Part shown: one piece after another, positions 38,449-47,291 of the stretch
Layout of the letters: every line of letters begins with the position of its first letter
How positions within the stretch are numbered: position 1 is the first letter of the stretch
NCBI GenBank assembly: GCA_035529595.1
Contig: DATKWK010000023.1
Coordinates: 142,961 to 206,960 of the forward strand
DNA: 64,000 bases
DNA from: Candidatus Bathyarchaeia archaeon
GTDB taxonomy: Bacteria; Patescibacteriota; Microgenomatia; PFEM01; JAFGMK01
Direction: 5' to 3'
Notes under the pieces: model-generated
The model's database searches: none
Told to the model about the DNA's origin: nothing
The model's input: the letters and a program-made list of their open reading frames with translations, nothing else
Translations under genes and position numbers: made by a program

Positions 38449-38485
38449 TGACTTCTTAACTTAAACTTAGCACGCGAATACGTGA

Positions 38486-39223
38486 TTAGTCAATTGCTTT
38501 CTCTTCCGGAGTAGGGGAGATTTCTTTAGTCGTTAAGAGAAAGACAAGTTTAGCTTCAATCTTTTCATCGTTAATCAGGCCAGTAACTACTACTAAGTCA
38601 TTTTCCTCAAGCATCTCTTTTCCAATGGTTTCATTTTTCTCGTTTACCTTCTGGACTATTTGGCTATTTTTTGACCAATTGACTTGCCATTCTTCATTTC
38701 TTTGGAGTGTTTGTAAAATGAAGCCTGTTTTTTCAATTTGAGTAATTTGTCCTATAACTGCAATCCGGTTTTCTTGTTTTGGTTTGTCGGCAATAACTAC
38801 TCTTTTAGTCAGAAGCTTTTCCGGAGTGTCACTATAGCCCATAGTGATTATAAAGCTGCCGATCTCTAAATCTTCAAAAACAAGTTTCTTTTTATTCTGA
38901 TCAACAATTAAAGTTTCGCTGTCAACAGTCGCAGTTCTTTTGCCTTGGAAGGTTTGAAGAACAATGGTTTGATTAAAAAGGTCGGTTACTTCCCCGAAAA
39001 AAGCCTTTTTCTTGTCCTGCAGCGGTTCAGTTTCAGCTTTTATCTTTTCCTGGACTTCCTTTCGTATTTGTTCTGAAATTGGGTCCTTGGTAGGCTCAGG
39101 CGACTCATTTTGGTTAGTCGGCAGTGTTCCTACCTGGGCTGCCGCTCGTTCGGCGGGCCACATAACAAGTAATAATAAACAGCATAAAATCAAATATTTA
39201 TATTTGAAAATTTGTTGTTTCAT
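38486..39223 (-). CDS. Secreted protein with two OB-like (DUF5666-like) repeats
   Basis: Signal peptide; two 'G.(V/I)T.....L.T......V......L..G/N..I.V.G' repeats. Confidence 0.6.
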   Translation of the reverse strand: MKQQIFKYKYLILCCLLLLVMWPAERAAAQVGTLPTNQNESPEPTKDPISEQIRKEVQEKIKAETEPLQDKKKAFFGEVTDLFNQTIVLQTFQGKRTATVDSETLIVDQNKKKLVFEDLEIGSFIITMGYSDTPEKLLTKRVVIADKPKQENRIAVIGQITQIEKTGFILQTLQRNEEWQVNWSKNSQIVQKVNEKNETIGKEMLEENDLVVVTGLINDEKIEAKLVFLLTTKEISPTPEEKAID

Positions 39224-39654
39224 ATTTCTGCAGTTGAATAAACTACGTTTATAGTTTTTTCTACTTCGTTGCCTTTTTGATCAAAGGCTTTAACAATAAT
39301 TTCGTTGGCGCCACCATTTAAGGTTATTGTGGTTTCAAAATTACCATCCTGATTGGCTTCAAGGATCCTTTCTCCGTCTTCGTAAAAGATAACGACAATT
39401 GCCTCAGGTAAAGTAGTACCGCGGAGGTTAATTTCCTCTTCTTTGATAATTGAGTTTTCTTCGGGATAGCTAATCTCCAAAGTTAGAGCCGGAGGGGTTG
39501 GTGTGGGAGTATTTTGAGGAGTTGGCGTTGCTACTAGAATGACAGTTGGGATGGGTTTTTCTTGGAGCGATCGATTGGCCGACCAAATGCCAAAGGTAAT
39601 GATCAATCCTAAGCCGAAACCAAGCACTATGGCGATAATAACTTCTTTTCGCAT
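39220..39654 (-). CDS. Membrane-anchored Ig-like domain protein
   Basis: TM helix, PTPT linker and 'LEI.YPE...G.T.P...GNF...L..G.N.I.V.A.D..GN'. Confidence 0.7.
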   Translation of the reverse strand: MRKEVIIAIVLGFGLGLIITFGIWSANRSLQEKPIPTVILVATPTPQNTPTPTPPALTLEISYPEENSIIKEEEINLRGTTLPEAIVVIFYEDGERILEANQDGNFETTITLNGGANEIIVKAFDQKGNEVEKTINVVYSTAEI

Positions 39655-39697
39655 CGTTTTAGACTAGATAAAAAAACCATTTAAGAGATTTTTCCGT

Positions 39698-39726
39698 ACT
39701 ATAGCTGAAAATTTGCTTCTTGTCAA
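39698..39726 (-). promoter_or_regulatory. Sigma70 promoter
   Basis: TTGACA-17 bp-TATAGT on the minus strand upstream of 39654. Confidence 0.65.
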
Positions 39727-39818
39727 GGCAATTGGGGTAAAAAAAGGTGCTTGCCTAAACTTGATAACTTGATTATACTTTAGACTGATGCGACCATTAG
39801 TTCAAAGGGAGGTTATAA

Positions 39819-40472
39819 ATGGAAATCAGTTATCTGGGTCATTCGAGTTTCAGGATAAGGACTAAAAAAGCGATAATGGTTACTGATCCTTACGATCCGG
39901 CTACGGGATTGATTATGCCCAAGGTCCAAGCCGATATTATCATTATTAGTCATTCTCATCACGATCACAATTATGTTGAGGCGATAGCAGGAACCGAAGG
40001 CCATCCGGAGCCTTTTATTATTACCGGCCCTGGCGAATACGAAGTAAGTCAGGTATTTATTTTAGGAATGCCTACCTTTCATGATAGTGTTAAAGGTGAA
40101 AAAAGGGGCAAAAACACGATTTATCTGATTCTGGCCGATGGATTAAGAATTTGTCATTTAGGCGATTTAGGTCATCTTCTTACCGATAAACAGCTTGAAG
40201 AACTTGGCGATATTGATGTGCTATTTATTCCAGTGGGAGGGAAATATACTTTGGGGCCTCAGAAGGCAACCGAAGTTATTAATCAAGTCGAGCCTAAGAT
40301 CGTAATTCCGATGCATTATCAAGTACCAAGTCTTAAGATGGATTTGGCGCCGGTTGAAAAATTTATCAATGAGTTAGGACTCGAAATAAAGCAACCAGTT
40401 AATAAACTTTCTCTCAAAGCGGGATATTTACCGGAAGAACGAGAAATAGTAGTTATGGAAAGTAAGATCTAA
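39819..40472 (+). CDS. MBL-fold metallo-hydrolase
   Basis: YLGHSSF, SHSHHDH, HLGD and IPMHY motifs. Confidence 0.92.
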   Translation: MEISYLGHSSFRIRTKKAIMVTDPYDPATGLIMPKVQADIIIISHSHHDHNYVEAIAGTEGHPEPFIITGPGEYEVSQVFILGMPTFHDSVKGEKRGKNTIYLILADGLRICHLGDLGHLLTDKQLEELGDIDVLFIPVGGKYTLGPQKATEVINQVEPKIVIPMHYQVPSLKMDLAPVEKFINELGLEIKQPVNKLSLKAGYLPEEREIVVMESKI

Positions 40473-40533
40473 CAATTGAAGCTCAAATCGGTTTTCTGGC
40501 CTGTTTGTGCTTTTGATGGTTGGTTAATAAACT

Positions 40534-41847
40534 TTGGCTAATATTAAAATTCCCCCACATAACTTAGAGACAGAACAATCAATTTTAGGCGCGATTCTGA
40601 TTGATAAAGACGCGATTGTTTCTGTGGCTGAATTTTTGCGTCCCCAACACTTCTATAGCGAATCGCATCAAGTTATCTTTGAGGCAGCACTGGACCTCTA
40701 CGAAGAAAGAAAACCGATTGATATTGTCACTTTGTCTGAAAAGCTTAGAAAGAAGAGGAATTTAACTAAAATCGGGGGTCGGTCTTATCTGGCAGAGCTT
40801 GCAGAAAAAGTACCGACTGCGGCTAATATTGAAAGCTATGGAAAGATCGTCAAAGACGATTACATTAAAAGAGCGTTAATTTCAACCGCGGGAGAAATTG
40901 CCGAACGTGCTTTTGATGAGTCTTCAGAGGCGGATCAGGTAATGGATCTGGCAGAGCAGGCAATATTTTCTCTTTCCCAAAGGCATATGAGGCAGGCGTT
41001 TATTGCGGTAAAGGAAGCGCTGGCTGATTCCTTTGATCGGCTGGATGAGCTTCATAAGAAAGCCGGCGGCCTCCGGGGAATTCCTACCGGGTTTAAAGAT
41101 TTGGACGATACCTTAGCCGGTTTTCAGCCCTCAAATTTAATAATTCTTGCTGCCAGGCCAGGAATAGGAAAGACAGCTTTAGTCCTGAATATGGCTCAAC
41201 ATATCGCGGTTAACGAGCAGATACCAGTTGGCTTTTTTTCATTGGAGATGAGTAAAGAGGAGCTAGTTGACCGACTCCTAATAGGGCAGGCTGACATTGA
41301 TGCTTGGCGTTTAAAAACTGGTCGTTTGGAGGAGGAAGACTTTACTAAGCTTTCAGAGGCAATGGGAGTTTTGGCAGAAAGCCCTCTTTTTGTAGACGAT
41401 ACGCCGGCACTCTCGGTATTGGAAATGAGAACTAAGGCGAGACGTCTCGTCGCTGAGCACAATGCTAAATTTATAATCGTTGATTATTTGCAGTTAGCGC
41501 GAAGCCGTTCTCTTGAAAACCGAGTGCAGGAAGTTTCCGAAATCTCTCAAGGTTTGAAAAATTTGGCGCGCGAACTTAAAATTCCGGTGTTGGCTTGTTC
41601 GCAGCTTTCACGCGCAGTCGAACAGCGCGGATCTAAAAAACCACAATTGGCAGACCTACGCGAATCGGGAGCCATCGAACAAGATGCAGATGTAGTTATG
41701 TTTCTCTGGCGGTCGGATGAGGAGGTGCCCGAGAGTATGCAGCTTTCGATTTCCAAACACAGAAACGGCCCCTTAAGGGAAATTAATCTTTATTGGAAAG
41801 GGGATCGGATTCGCTTCTTTGGGGTGGAGAAGAGAAAAGAAAAGTAG
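40534..41847 (+). CDS. dnaB: Replicative DNA helicase
   Basis: PPHN.E.EQ, ARPGIGKT, SLEM, DYLQL and LRESGAIEQDAD; TTG start. Confidence 0.97.
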   Translation: MANIKIPPHNLETEQSILGAILIDKDAIVSVAEFLRPQHFYSESHQVIFEAALDLYEERKPIDIVTLSEKLRKKRNLTKIGGRSYLAELAEKVPTAANIESYGKIVKDDYIKRALISTAGEIAERAFDESSEADQVMDLAEQAIFSLSQRHMRQAFIAVKEALADSFDRLDELHKKAGGLRGIPTGFKDLDDTLAGFQPSNLIILAARPGIGKTALVLNMAQHIAVNEQIPVGFFSLEMSKEELVDRLLIGQADIDAWRLKTGRLEEEDFTKLSEAMGVLAESPLFVDDTPALSVLEMRTKARRLVAEHNAKFIIVDYLQLARSRSLENRVQEVSEISQGLKNLARELKIPVLACSQLSRAVEQRGSKKPQLADLRESGAIEQDADVVMFLWRSDEEVPESMQLSISKHRNGPLREINLYWKGDRIRFFGVEKRKEK

Positions 41848-41889
41848 CTTCTGAAGCTGATGATATTAATGCTATAATCGGGCTGATTT

Positions 41890-41975
41890 GCCGGGGTGCT
41901 GGAATCGGTAGACAGGCTGGTCTCAAAAACCAGTGGTCCGAAAAGACCGTGCGGGTTCGAGTCCCGCCCTCGGCA
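41890..41975 (+). tRNA. tRNA-Leu(CAA), CCA not encoded
   Basis: Acceptor GCCGGGG/CCTCGGC-A; anticodon arm CTGGT-CTCAAAA-ACCAG; long variable arm; GGTTCGAGTCC T-loop; TGCTATAAT upstream. Confidence 0.95.
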
Positions 41976-42004
41976 CTAAGAGAAGCGTTGTCTAAGGTAA
42001 AAAA

Positions 42005-42958
42005 ATGACCGAAGAATCACTAAATAGAGAAATACAAAGGCAGCATTTGGATGAATTATGCCGGTTCATTAATCAATCAAACGAGCAAATTGAACAGGCC
42101 GGTTATACAGAAACAATTGCTTCCCAGGTTGATAATTATATGTTTGATTCTGATCTACCCGAAGGCACAGCGAGATTTGATGCCTTGTTAGCAACATATA
42201 GACAGAGGGCTAATGCTGGTTATAAATACGAAGTGTTTGAGATAACAATTAATGAAGAAAGGGGACAAAACGAACAATTGTTTTGGAGACGATTTGCGGA
42301 AAGTGTTGGTATGCCACTAGAAGAACTAACTAGAAAATCTTATTTATACAATGATGTACAACTTTATTTTGATCGAAACCCAGCAAACAGGATAATTTTT
42401 TTAAGAGGAGTCCATTATTTATCGGGTCAACTTCAGGCCGAGTTAAGGACAGTAATTGATGCCCCGTCTTTTAATAGAGATGCCTTAGCAAGATATTTCG
42501 CTTTAGGATCAGGACAGATTTTACATAGTCTCGATTGGCAGGGTTCGCCTTTTTGGAATGTTTTCGTCAAAGAGGAAGAAGGGAGAAGTGGTATGTTCAA
42601 AAGAGAAGTTAGTAATGAGGTTATTGCTGCTTTTCGCAGAGCAATAAATGATTTAAGGACCGCTGATTCTGCGACAGTAGCTTTACCCTCGGGGAGAGGA
42701 AAGACAACTTTTGTAGACTACCTCTTACGTCGGCATTTATCTTCTGATGTTATTTATATAAGCATGCAGGGGATAGTGGACGAGACTGGGCAAGCAGTTG
42801 ATGAAGAAAAACTAAGACATCTGCCAAGCAATAGAGAGGCAGGGATAGTTTTTATAGATGAAGCACAGCTTTTAGCGGACCGACAAAAAGATGAGCTTAG
42901 GTCACGTTTTGGTAAAGTGACCTTCTTGGAAACTACTGATTTCAGGTCGATAAAATAA
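42005..42958 (+). CDS. Hypothetical protein with C-terminal P-loop-like domain
   Basis: 'LPSGRGKTT' Walker A-like and 'IVFIDEAQ' Walker B. Confidence 0.6.
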   Translation: MTEESLNREIQRQHLDELCRFINQSNEQIEQAGYTETIASQVDNYMFDSDLPEGTARFDALLATYRQRANAGYKYEVFEITINEERGQNEQLFWRRFAESVGMPLEELTRKSYLYNDVQLYFDRNPANRIIFLRGVHYLSGQLQAELRTVIDAPSFNRDALARYFALGSGQILHSLDWQGSPFWNVFVKEEEGRSGMFKREVSNEVIAAFRRAINDLRTADSATVALPSGRGKTTFVDYLLRRHLSSDVIYISMQGIVDETGQAVDEEKLRHLPSNREAGIVFIDEAQLLADRQKDELRSRFGKVTFLETTDFRSIK

Positions 42959-42967
42959 TATCTTGTT

Positions 42968-43408
42968 TTAAAATAAGACTAAAAAAATGATGAGACTGAC
43001 AAGTATAACCTGTGGTAGCAAACCCCAAAAAATGCTCGGACTGTTCCGGTGGACGACTTTACTGTGAAAGTAATTCAATTTAGGAAAAAGGTTCAAGTCC
43101 AAAAAGATCATCGGTACCTCCAGAAAATCAGGAAGAAGACTCACTCCGACGCCATGCCAGAGAAGAGGGGAGAATTTCTTTCTGAATTGAAAAAGATAAA
43201 AGACGCTGATAAGAGTCGCAATTCCATCCGCAAGAGCCAACAAAAATATTTTAAGATGGCTTTGCTGTTTAATGTTATACCCGAGATCCCAGTGAGGAAT
43301 AAAATCGCTTAAATAATGACTAATAAGGACCAGGGGTAAAGAAAATAGAGGATTTTTTATTTTCGTGACCAGGATAGCTCCGGTTAAACTATGAGTAGTC
43401 AAAAGCAT
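42968..43408 (-). CDS. Membrane protein with putative metal-dependent hydrolase motifs
   Basis: TH...G, SHYLSD.IPH, LPD and H...H motifs among TM helices. Confidence 0.6.
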   Translation of the reverse strand: MLLTTHSLTGAILVTKIKNPLFSLPLVLISHYLSDFIPHWDLGYNIKQQSHLKIFLLALADGIATLISVFYLFQFRKKFSPLLWHGVGVSLLPDFLEVPMIFLDLNLFPKLNYFHSKVVHRNSPSIFWGLLPQVILVSLIIFLVLF

Positions 43409-43473
43409 AGACTTAATGATATTAAAAAGAACATCTCTTTTAAAGGGAGAAAATTTGTAGTATCATTTTCTTT

Positions 43474-44322
43474 ATGTTACCGATTCTTTTTAAAATAGGC
43501 GAATTTAGTTTTTCTTCGCTCGGTTTATCGTTAGCCCTGGCCTTTTTAGTCTGTTTTTTTATCATCTGGCGCCGGCTAAGAGAAGCTAATCTTAATGAAG
43601 AAAAAATCGTTGACGCTTTTCTTTTTTCAGTTATCGGTGCAATTATTATGTCACGAGCTTTCTATATCCTTCTTAGCTGGCCAACTTTTAAATTTAACTT
43701 GATTAAATGGTTATATTTTAATTACTTCCCCGGTTTTACATTTACAGGCGCTTTAGTAGGTTTTTTGCTTAGTTTCTATTTCTTCTCTCGTAGGCAGAAG
43801 TGGAATTTTTACAAAGTTGCCGATGAACTCATTTTTGGCTTACTTCCTTTCGCCATGGTAACGGAACTGGGTATTTTCCTTGATGGCAGCGATCTAGGCG
43901 CAGAAACTGGTATGCCCTGGGGTCTTTTCTTCCCGGGGGACATGGTTAGACGCCATCCGGTGAGCCTTTTTAAGTCGCTTTTATTTCTTTCCCTTTGGGT
44001 TTATTTCCTCAGGATTGAGAGAATCTGGCGTAGTTGGAATTGGTACCGGAGTCATAAGGAAGGTTTCATCTTGATTAATTTTGTCATTTTTACTTCCGTC
44101 TTTAAATTAGCGCTTGCTTTTTTAAAACCAATTGGCTTATACTCGGTTTTGGTAGAGAAGGTTGGCAGTTTGTCCCTTCTGGTGATGGGAATTATTTGGC
44201 TTTATATGCGTTCGGGAAGAGACATTAGCGAGGATTTAGGCTTCACCAAAAAAATATCAATTCTTAAAGATAGATTTAAGAATAGAAAGGAAAATATCCA
44301 TGGAAAAAACAAAGGTAGTTAA
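43474..44322 (+). CDS. lgt: Prolipoprotein diacylglyceryl transferase-like protein (degenerate)
   Basis: M.P.LF.IG start, 'G..T.MPWG..FP....RHP..L' and 7 TM helices; catalytic residues appear substituted. Confidence 0.7.
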   Translation: MLPILFKIGEFSFSSLGLSLALAFLVCFFIIWRRLREANLNEEKIVDAFLFSVIGAIIMSRAFYILLSWPTFKFNLIKWLYFNYFPGFTFTGALVGFLLSFYFFSRRQKWNFYKVADELIFGLLPFAMVTELGIFLDGSDLGAETGMPWGLFFPGDMVRRHPVSLFKSLLFLSLWVYFLRIERIWRSWNWYRSHKEGFILINFVIFTSVFKLALAFLKPIGLYSVLVEKVGSLSLLVMGIIWLYMRSGRDISEDLGFTKKISILKDRFKNRKENIHGKNKGS

Positions 44323-44677
44323 ATTTCCGATGACAATATTGGGACCGATTAGGGATTTTTTGTCCAGGAAAGAAAAAAAACTTATTAAAAGGAAAAAAAC
44401 TTTAACAAAAGAAGATCCGTTTACCGATGTTTCAAGATTGGCCGACAACGCCGCTCCAGATACCGAAGCAGCTGAACAGACCAGTCATGCGCGTGTTTCA
44501 GCTATGAAAAGAGAGTTAGATCGAAACCTGATTCAGGTCAGAAAGGCCTTAACTCGTCTGAAATTAGGTAAATACGGTATTTGTGAGAAGTGCGGCCAGA
44601 TGATCGATACCGAAAGATTAATGATCCGTCCGGAAGCGACGACTTGCGTTAAGTGCGAAACGAAAAAAGAAGCTTAA
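44300..44677 (+). CDS. DksA/TraR C4 zinc-finger protein
   Basis: Coiled coil followed by 'AL.R...G.YGICEKCG..I...RL...P.A..CVKC'. Confidence 0.9.
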   Translation: MEKTKVVKFPMTILGPIRDFLSRKEKKLIKRKKTLTKEDPFTDVSRLADNAAPDTEAAEQTSHARVSAMKRELDRNLIQVRKALTRLKLGKYGICEKCGQMIDTERLMIRPEATTCVKCETKKEA

Positions 44678-44695
44678 AAGGAGTTTGGATCGGAA

Positions 44696-45454
44696 GTGAT
44701 ACGGCTGGCCCTTCAAATTACTCCCAAAATTATTTACGAAGACGATTTTCTTCTTATCGTCGATAAACCATCGAATTTAATAGTTAATCGGTTCGGTAGT
44801 GTCCAAACCGGGAATCTTCAAGATTGGATAGAAAAGAGAGTTAAATTAGTAAGCCAAAATCAGAGGACCGGTTTTATGAGAAGAAGTGGCTTGGTTCACC
44901 GTCTAGATAAAGAAACATCCGGCTTGGTAATTGTTGCCAAGAGAGAGGAGGCATTTACGGATCTTCAGTCTCAGTTTAAAAAGAGGACTGTCCAAAAAGA
45001 ATACTTAGCTCTTGTTCATGGAATCCCTGATCCGCCGAAAGGTCAGATTATTCTTCCAATTGCCAGAAACCCTGTTAATAGGCACAGATTTGGTGTTTTT
45101 CTCAATGGAAGAGAAGCCGAAACTAATTATCAAAGCACGAAAAATTATGTTATGAAATTTGGCCGTCAGACAAGGTATTACTCTTTATTGAAGCTTTATC
45201 CAAAAACTGGTCGAACGCACCAACTGCGTGTCCATTTAAAATTCGCAAACTATCCTATTGTCGCGGATTCTCTCTATGCTGGCCGGAAAACTTATCGCGA
45301 AGATAAACGCTGGTGTCCTCGGCTTTTCTTACACGCCAGTCGGATTTCTTTCATTCATCCTAAAGATAGACAAGCAATGACCTTTTCTGATCCGACCCCA
45401 TCTGATCTAGCTAACGCTTTAGAAAAATTAGAAGTACTCAAAAAAAGTTTTTAA
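44696..45454 (+). CDS. RluA-family pseudouridine synthase
   Basis: DKP, HRLDKETSG, TGRTHQLRVH and LFLHA motifs. Confidence 0.95.
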   Translation: MIRLALQITPKIIYEDDFLLIVDKPSNLIVNRFGSVQTGNLQDWIEKRVKLVSQNQRTGFMRRSGLVHRLDKETSGLVIVAKREEAFTDLQSQFKKRTVQKEYLALVHGIPDPPKGQIILPIARNPVNRHRFGVFLNGREAETNYQSTKNYVMKFGRQTRYYSLLKLYPKTGRTHQLRVHLKFANYPIVADSLYAGRKTYREDKRWCPRLFLHASRISFIHPKDRQAMTFSDPTPSDLANALEKLEVLKKSF

Positions 45455-45465
45455 GGACATGTTTA

Positions 45466-46449
45466 ATGGGAACAGGTTACTCATATCAAAGAACAAAAAA
45501 AAAGAGGCAGGAAAAACAAAGGCGGGATTTGGTTTATGTGATTGGCATGTTATTGGTTCTGATCGCCTTAATCGGTTCCGGGTTTAGGCTGTATAAATTT
45601 TTCACCACTCGTCAATTACCGAGAAAGGGACAGATTATTATCGGTTTTGAGAGTTTGCCCTTGGCTATCGTTTCATTTGTACCTAGCCAGAAGACACTCG
45701 TTTTTCTTCTCATTCCTGAAAGAACTTTAATAGACGCCGTTCACGGTTACGGCCAGTATCGGGTTGAGGCTTTTAACGAATTAGAAAGAATAAATGAAGA
45801 GTCTTTTCTTTTATCAGAAAGTCTGATCTATCAACTTGGTCTGCCGATTGACGGTTGGGTAAAAAGTGCTCCACCTTTGCCGGCACAACTGGCGGCACGT
45901 GAACTTAAAAAATGGTATCGCCGGGCAATTTGGACGGCTTTCAAAAAGGAGTCTGAAACCAATTTGGCAGCTTTCGACTTAGCCAAAATCTGGTGGTTTG
46001 TTTATGCCGTTAGAAACGCTGATGTGAAAGTCATTTCTTTGGAACAGGAAAAAAGCTTGGATGAAGCTATTTTCCCTGACGGCAGTCTTTTCTATAAAGT
46101 TGATCAGGAAAAAGGTGATTTACTACTCAAAAAATACTTTATCGATGATGAAATTAAGAAAGAAAAACTAACGATCGGTGTTGCCAACGCAACGAATTCC
46201 CCTGGTTTAGCCAAAAAAATTGGTCGGATAATTAATAACTTCGGAGGCACGCTAGTTAAATTAGGAGACTGGTCGCAAAATTTGAATGGATGTGAAATTA
46301 GAGTTAAATCAACAAACGGGGGTTATACTTCTGAAAAACTAGCGCGCGTTTTGGATTGTCCTATCAGAGAAGGGGATTTCGGATCTTTTATGGTTGATGT
46401 TTTGGTTGTTGTCGGCCAGGATTTTTGTGAGAAGGTTAGCTGTGAATAA
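45466..46449 (+). CDS. LCP-like protein with LytR C-terminal domain
   Basis: TM helix, 'LLIP..T..' and C-terminal 'V.NAT..PGLA...DVLVVVGQD'. Confidence 0.7.
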   Translation: MGTGYSYQRTKKKRQEKQRRDLVYVIGMLLVLIALIGSGFRLYKFFTTRQLPRKGQIIIGFESLPLAIVSFVPSQKTLVFLLIPERTLIDAVHGYGQYRVEAFNELERINEESFLLSESLIYQLGLPIDGWVKSAPPLPAQLAARELKKWYRRAIWTAFKKESETNLAAFDLAKIWWFVYAVRNADVKVISLEQEKSLDEAIFPDGSLFYKVDQEKGDLLLKKYFIDDEIKKEKLTIGVANATNSPGLAKKIGRIINNFGGTLVKLGDWSQNLNGCEIRVKSTNGGYTSEKLARVLDCPIREGDFGSFMVDVLVVVGQDFCEKVSCE

Positions 46450-46461
46450 AAGTAGCCTTTT

Positions 46462-47193
46462 TTACCTCCAGTCCTGTTGATCCTCTTCTGTCGGCTCCTC
46501 TTCGCCGGTCGGTGTCATTTCCGGTCTTTCTTCGTAGATTTTTTTCGGAGAAAGATAGGGGCTGTAATCTACTCCCAAGGTAGGGAAGGAAGTAACATCT
46601 TTATATTTTTTACCTCTTCTTAATTCTCTAATAAAGATCTGTAAATTATCCTTATCAACTCCTTTAATCCAGGCTCTGTATTTGTTACCGCCTTTGATGA
46701 GTCTCAGAAGCCGAAAGGAGACGTCATCAGGCAAAGTACCAAGATAGCGGTTATTATCACTCCGCACTGAGATAAATCTTTTTTTTACATCCAGCTTAAC
46801 TAATTCACCGCAGGATAGGTTGGCTAAAGTTTTGGGAGAAGCAAGTCTGACAAGAGAGATAACTTTGGTTTTACCTGCTTCTTCAAGAAAAAGTGAAGAC
46901 ACCTTTTTAAGGGGGATTTTACGGATCGGTTGCTTTTCCTGAATAATCGTTAGTCTTGCCAGGTTTTTGTTGGCGATCAAATTATATTTATCAAAAGTTA
47001 GAACCCGTTTATAAGTAGTTTTTGCCTGTTTGATTTTGCCTACTTCAGCGTAGGCCCAAGCCAGTCGGTTTAAAGCACTGATATTCTTAGGACTTAGCCG
47101 TATAATTGCTTGATTATACCTTATTGCTTGTTGCCAATCTTCACAACCAGCAGCCCTGATTGCTTCTTTTTCTAATGTTTCGGCCGTTTTCAT
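46462..47193 (-). CDS. TPR protein with C-terminal HIRAN-like domain
   Basis: TPR 'A..Y...I.L.P.N..ALNRLA.AY...G....A...Y..VL..D..N.IA'; C-terminal 'L..GE.V.L......V......YLG.LP'. Confidence 0.65.
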   Translation of the reverse strand: MKTAETLEKEAIRAAGCEDWQQAIRYNQAIIRLSPKNISALNRLAWAYAEVGKIKQAKTTYKRVLTFDKYNLIANKNLARLTIIQEKQPIRKIPLKKVSSLFLEEAGKTKVISLVRLASPKTLANLSCGELVKLDVKKRFISVRSDNNRYLGTLPDDVSFRLLRLIKGGNKYRAWIKGVDKDNLQIFIRELRRGKKYKDVTSFPTLGVDYSPYLSPKKIYEERPEMTPTGEEEPTEEDQQDWR

Positions 47194-47291
47194 TAAGGCA
47201 TAACATATAATTTTGGACTGGGCTTGTCAAGCATAGAATTGTAAAACAGCTGCTGACTTATGCTAAAATAGCTCTTAGGAGGTGTTAGTTT

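Noticed and set aside
41793-42008. 71-aa ORF and the many antisense or nested ORFs in the track
   Set aside because: This ORF overlaps tRNA-Leu and dnaB. The other short ORFs are shadows of well-supported genes.
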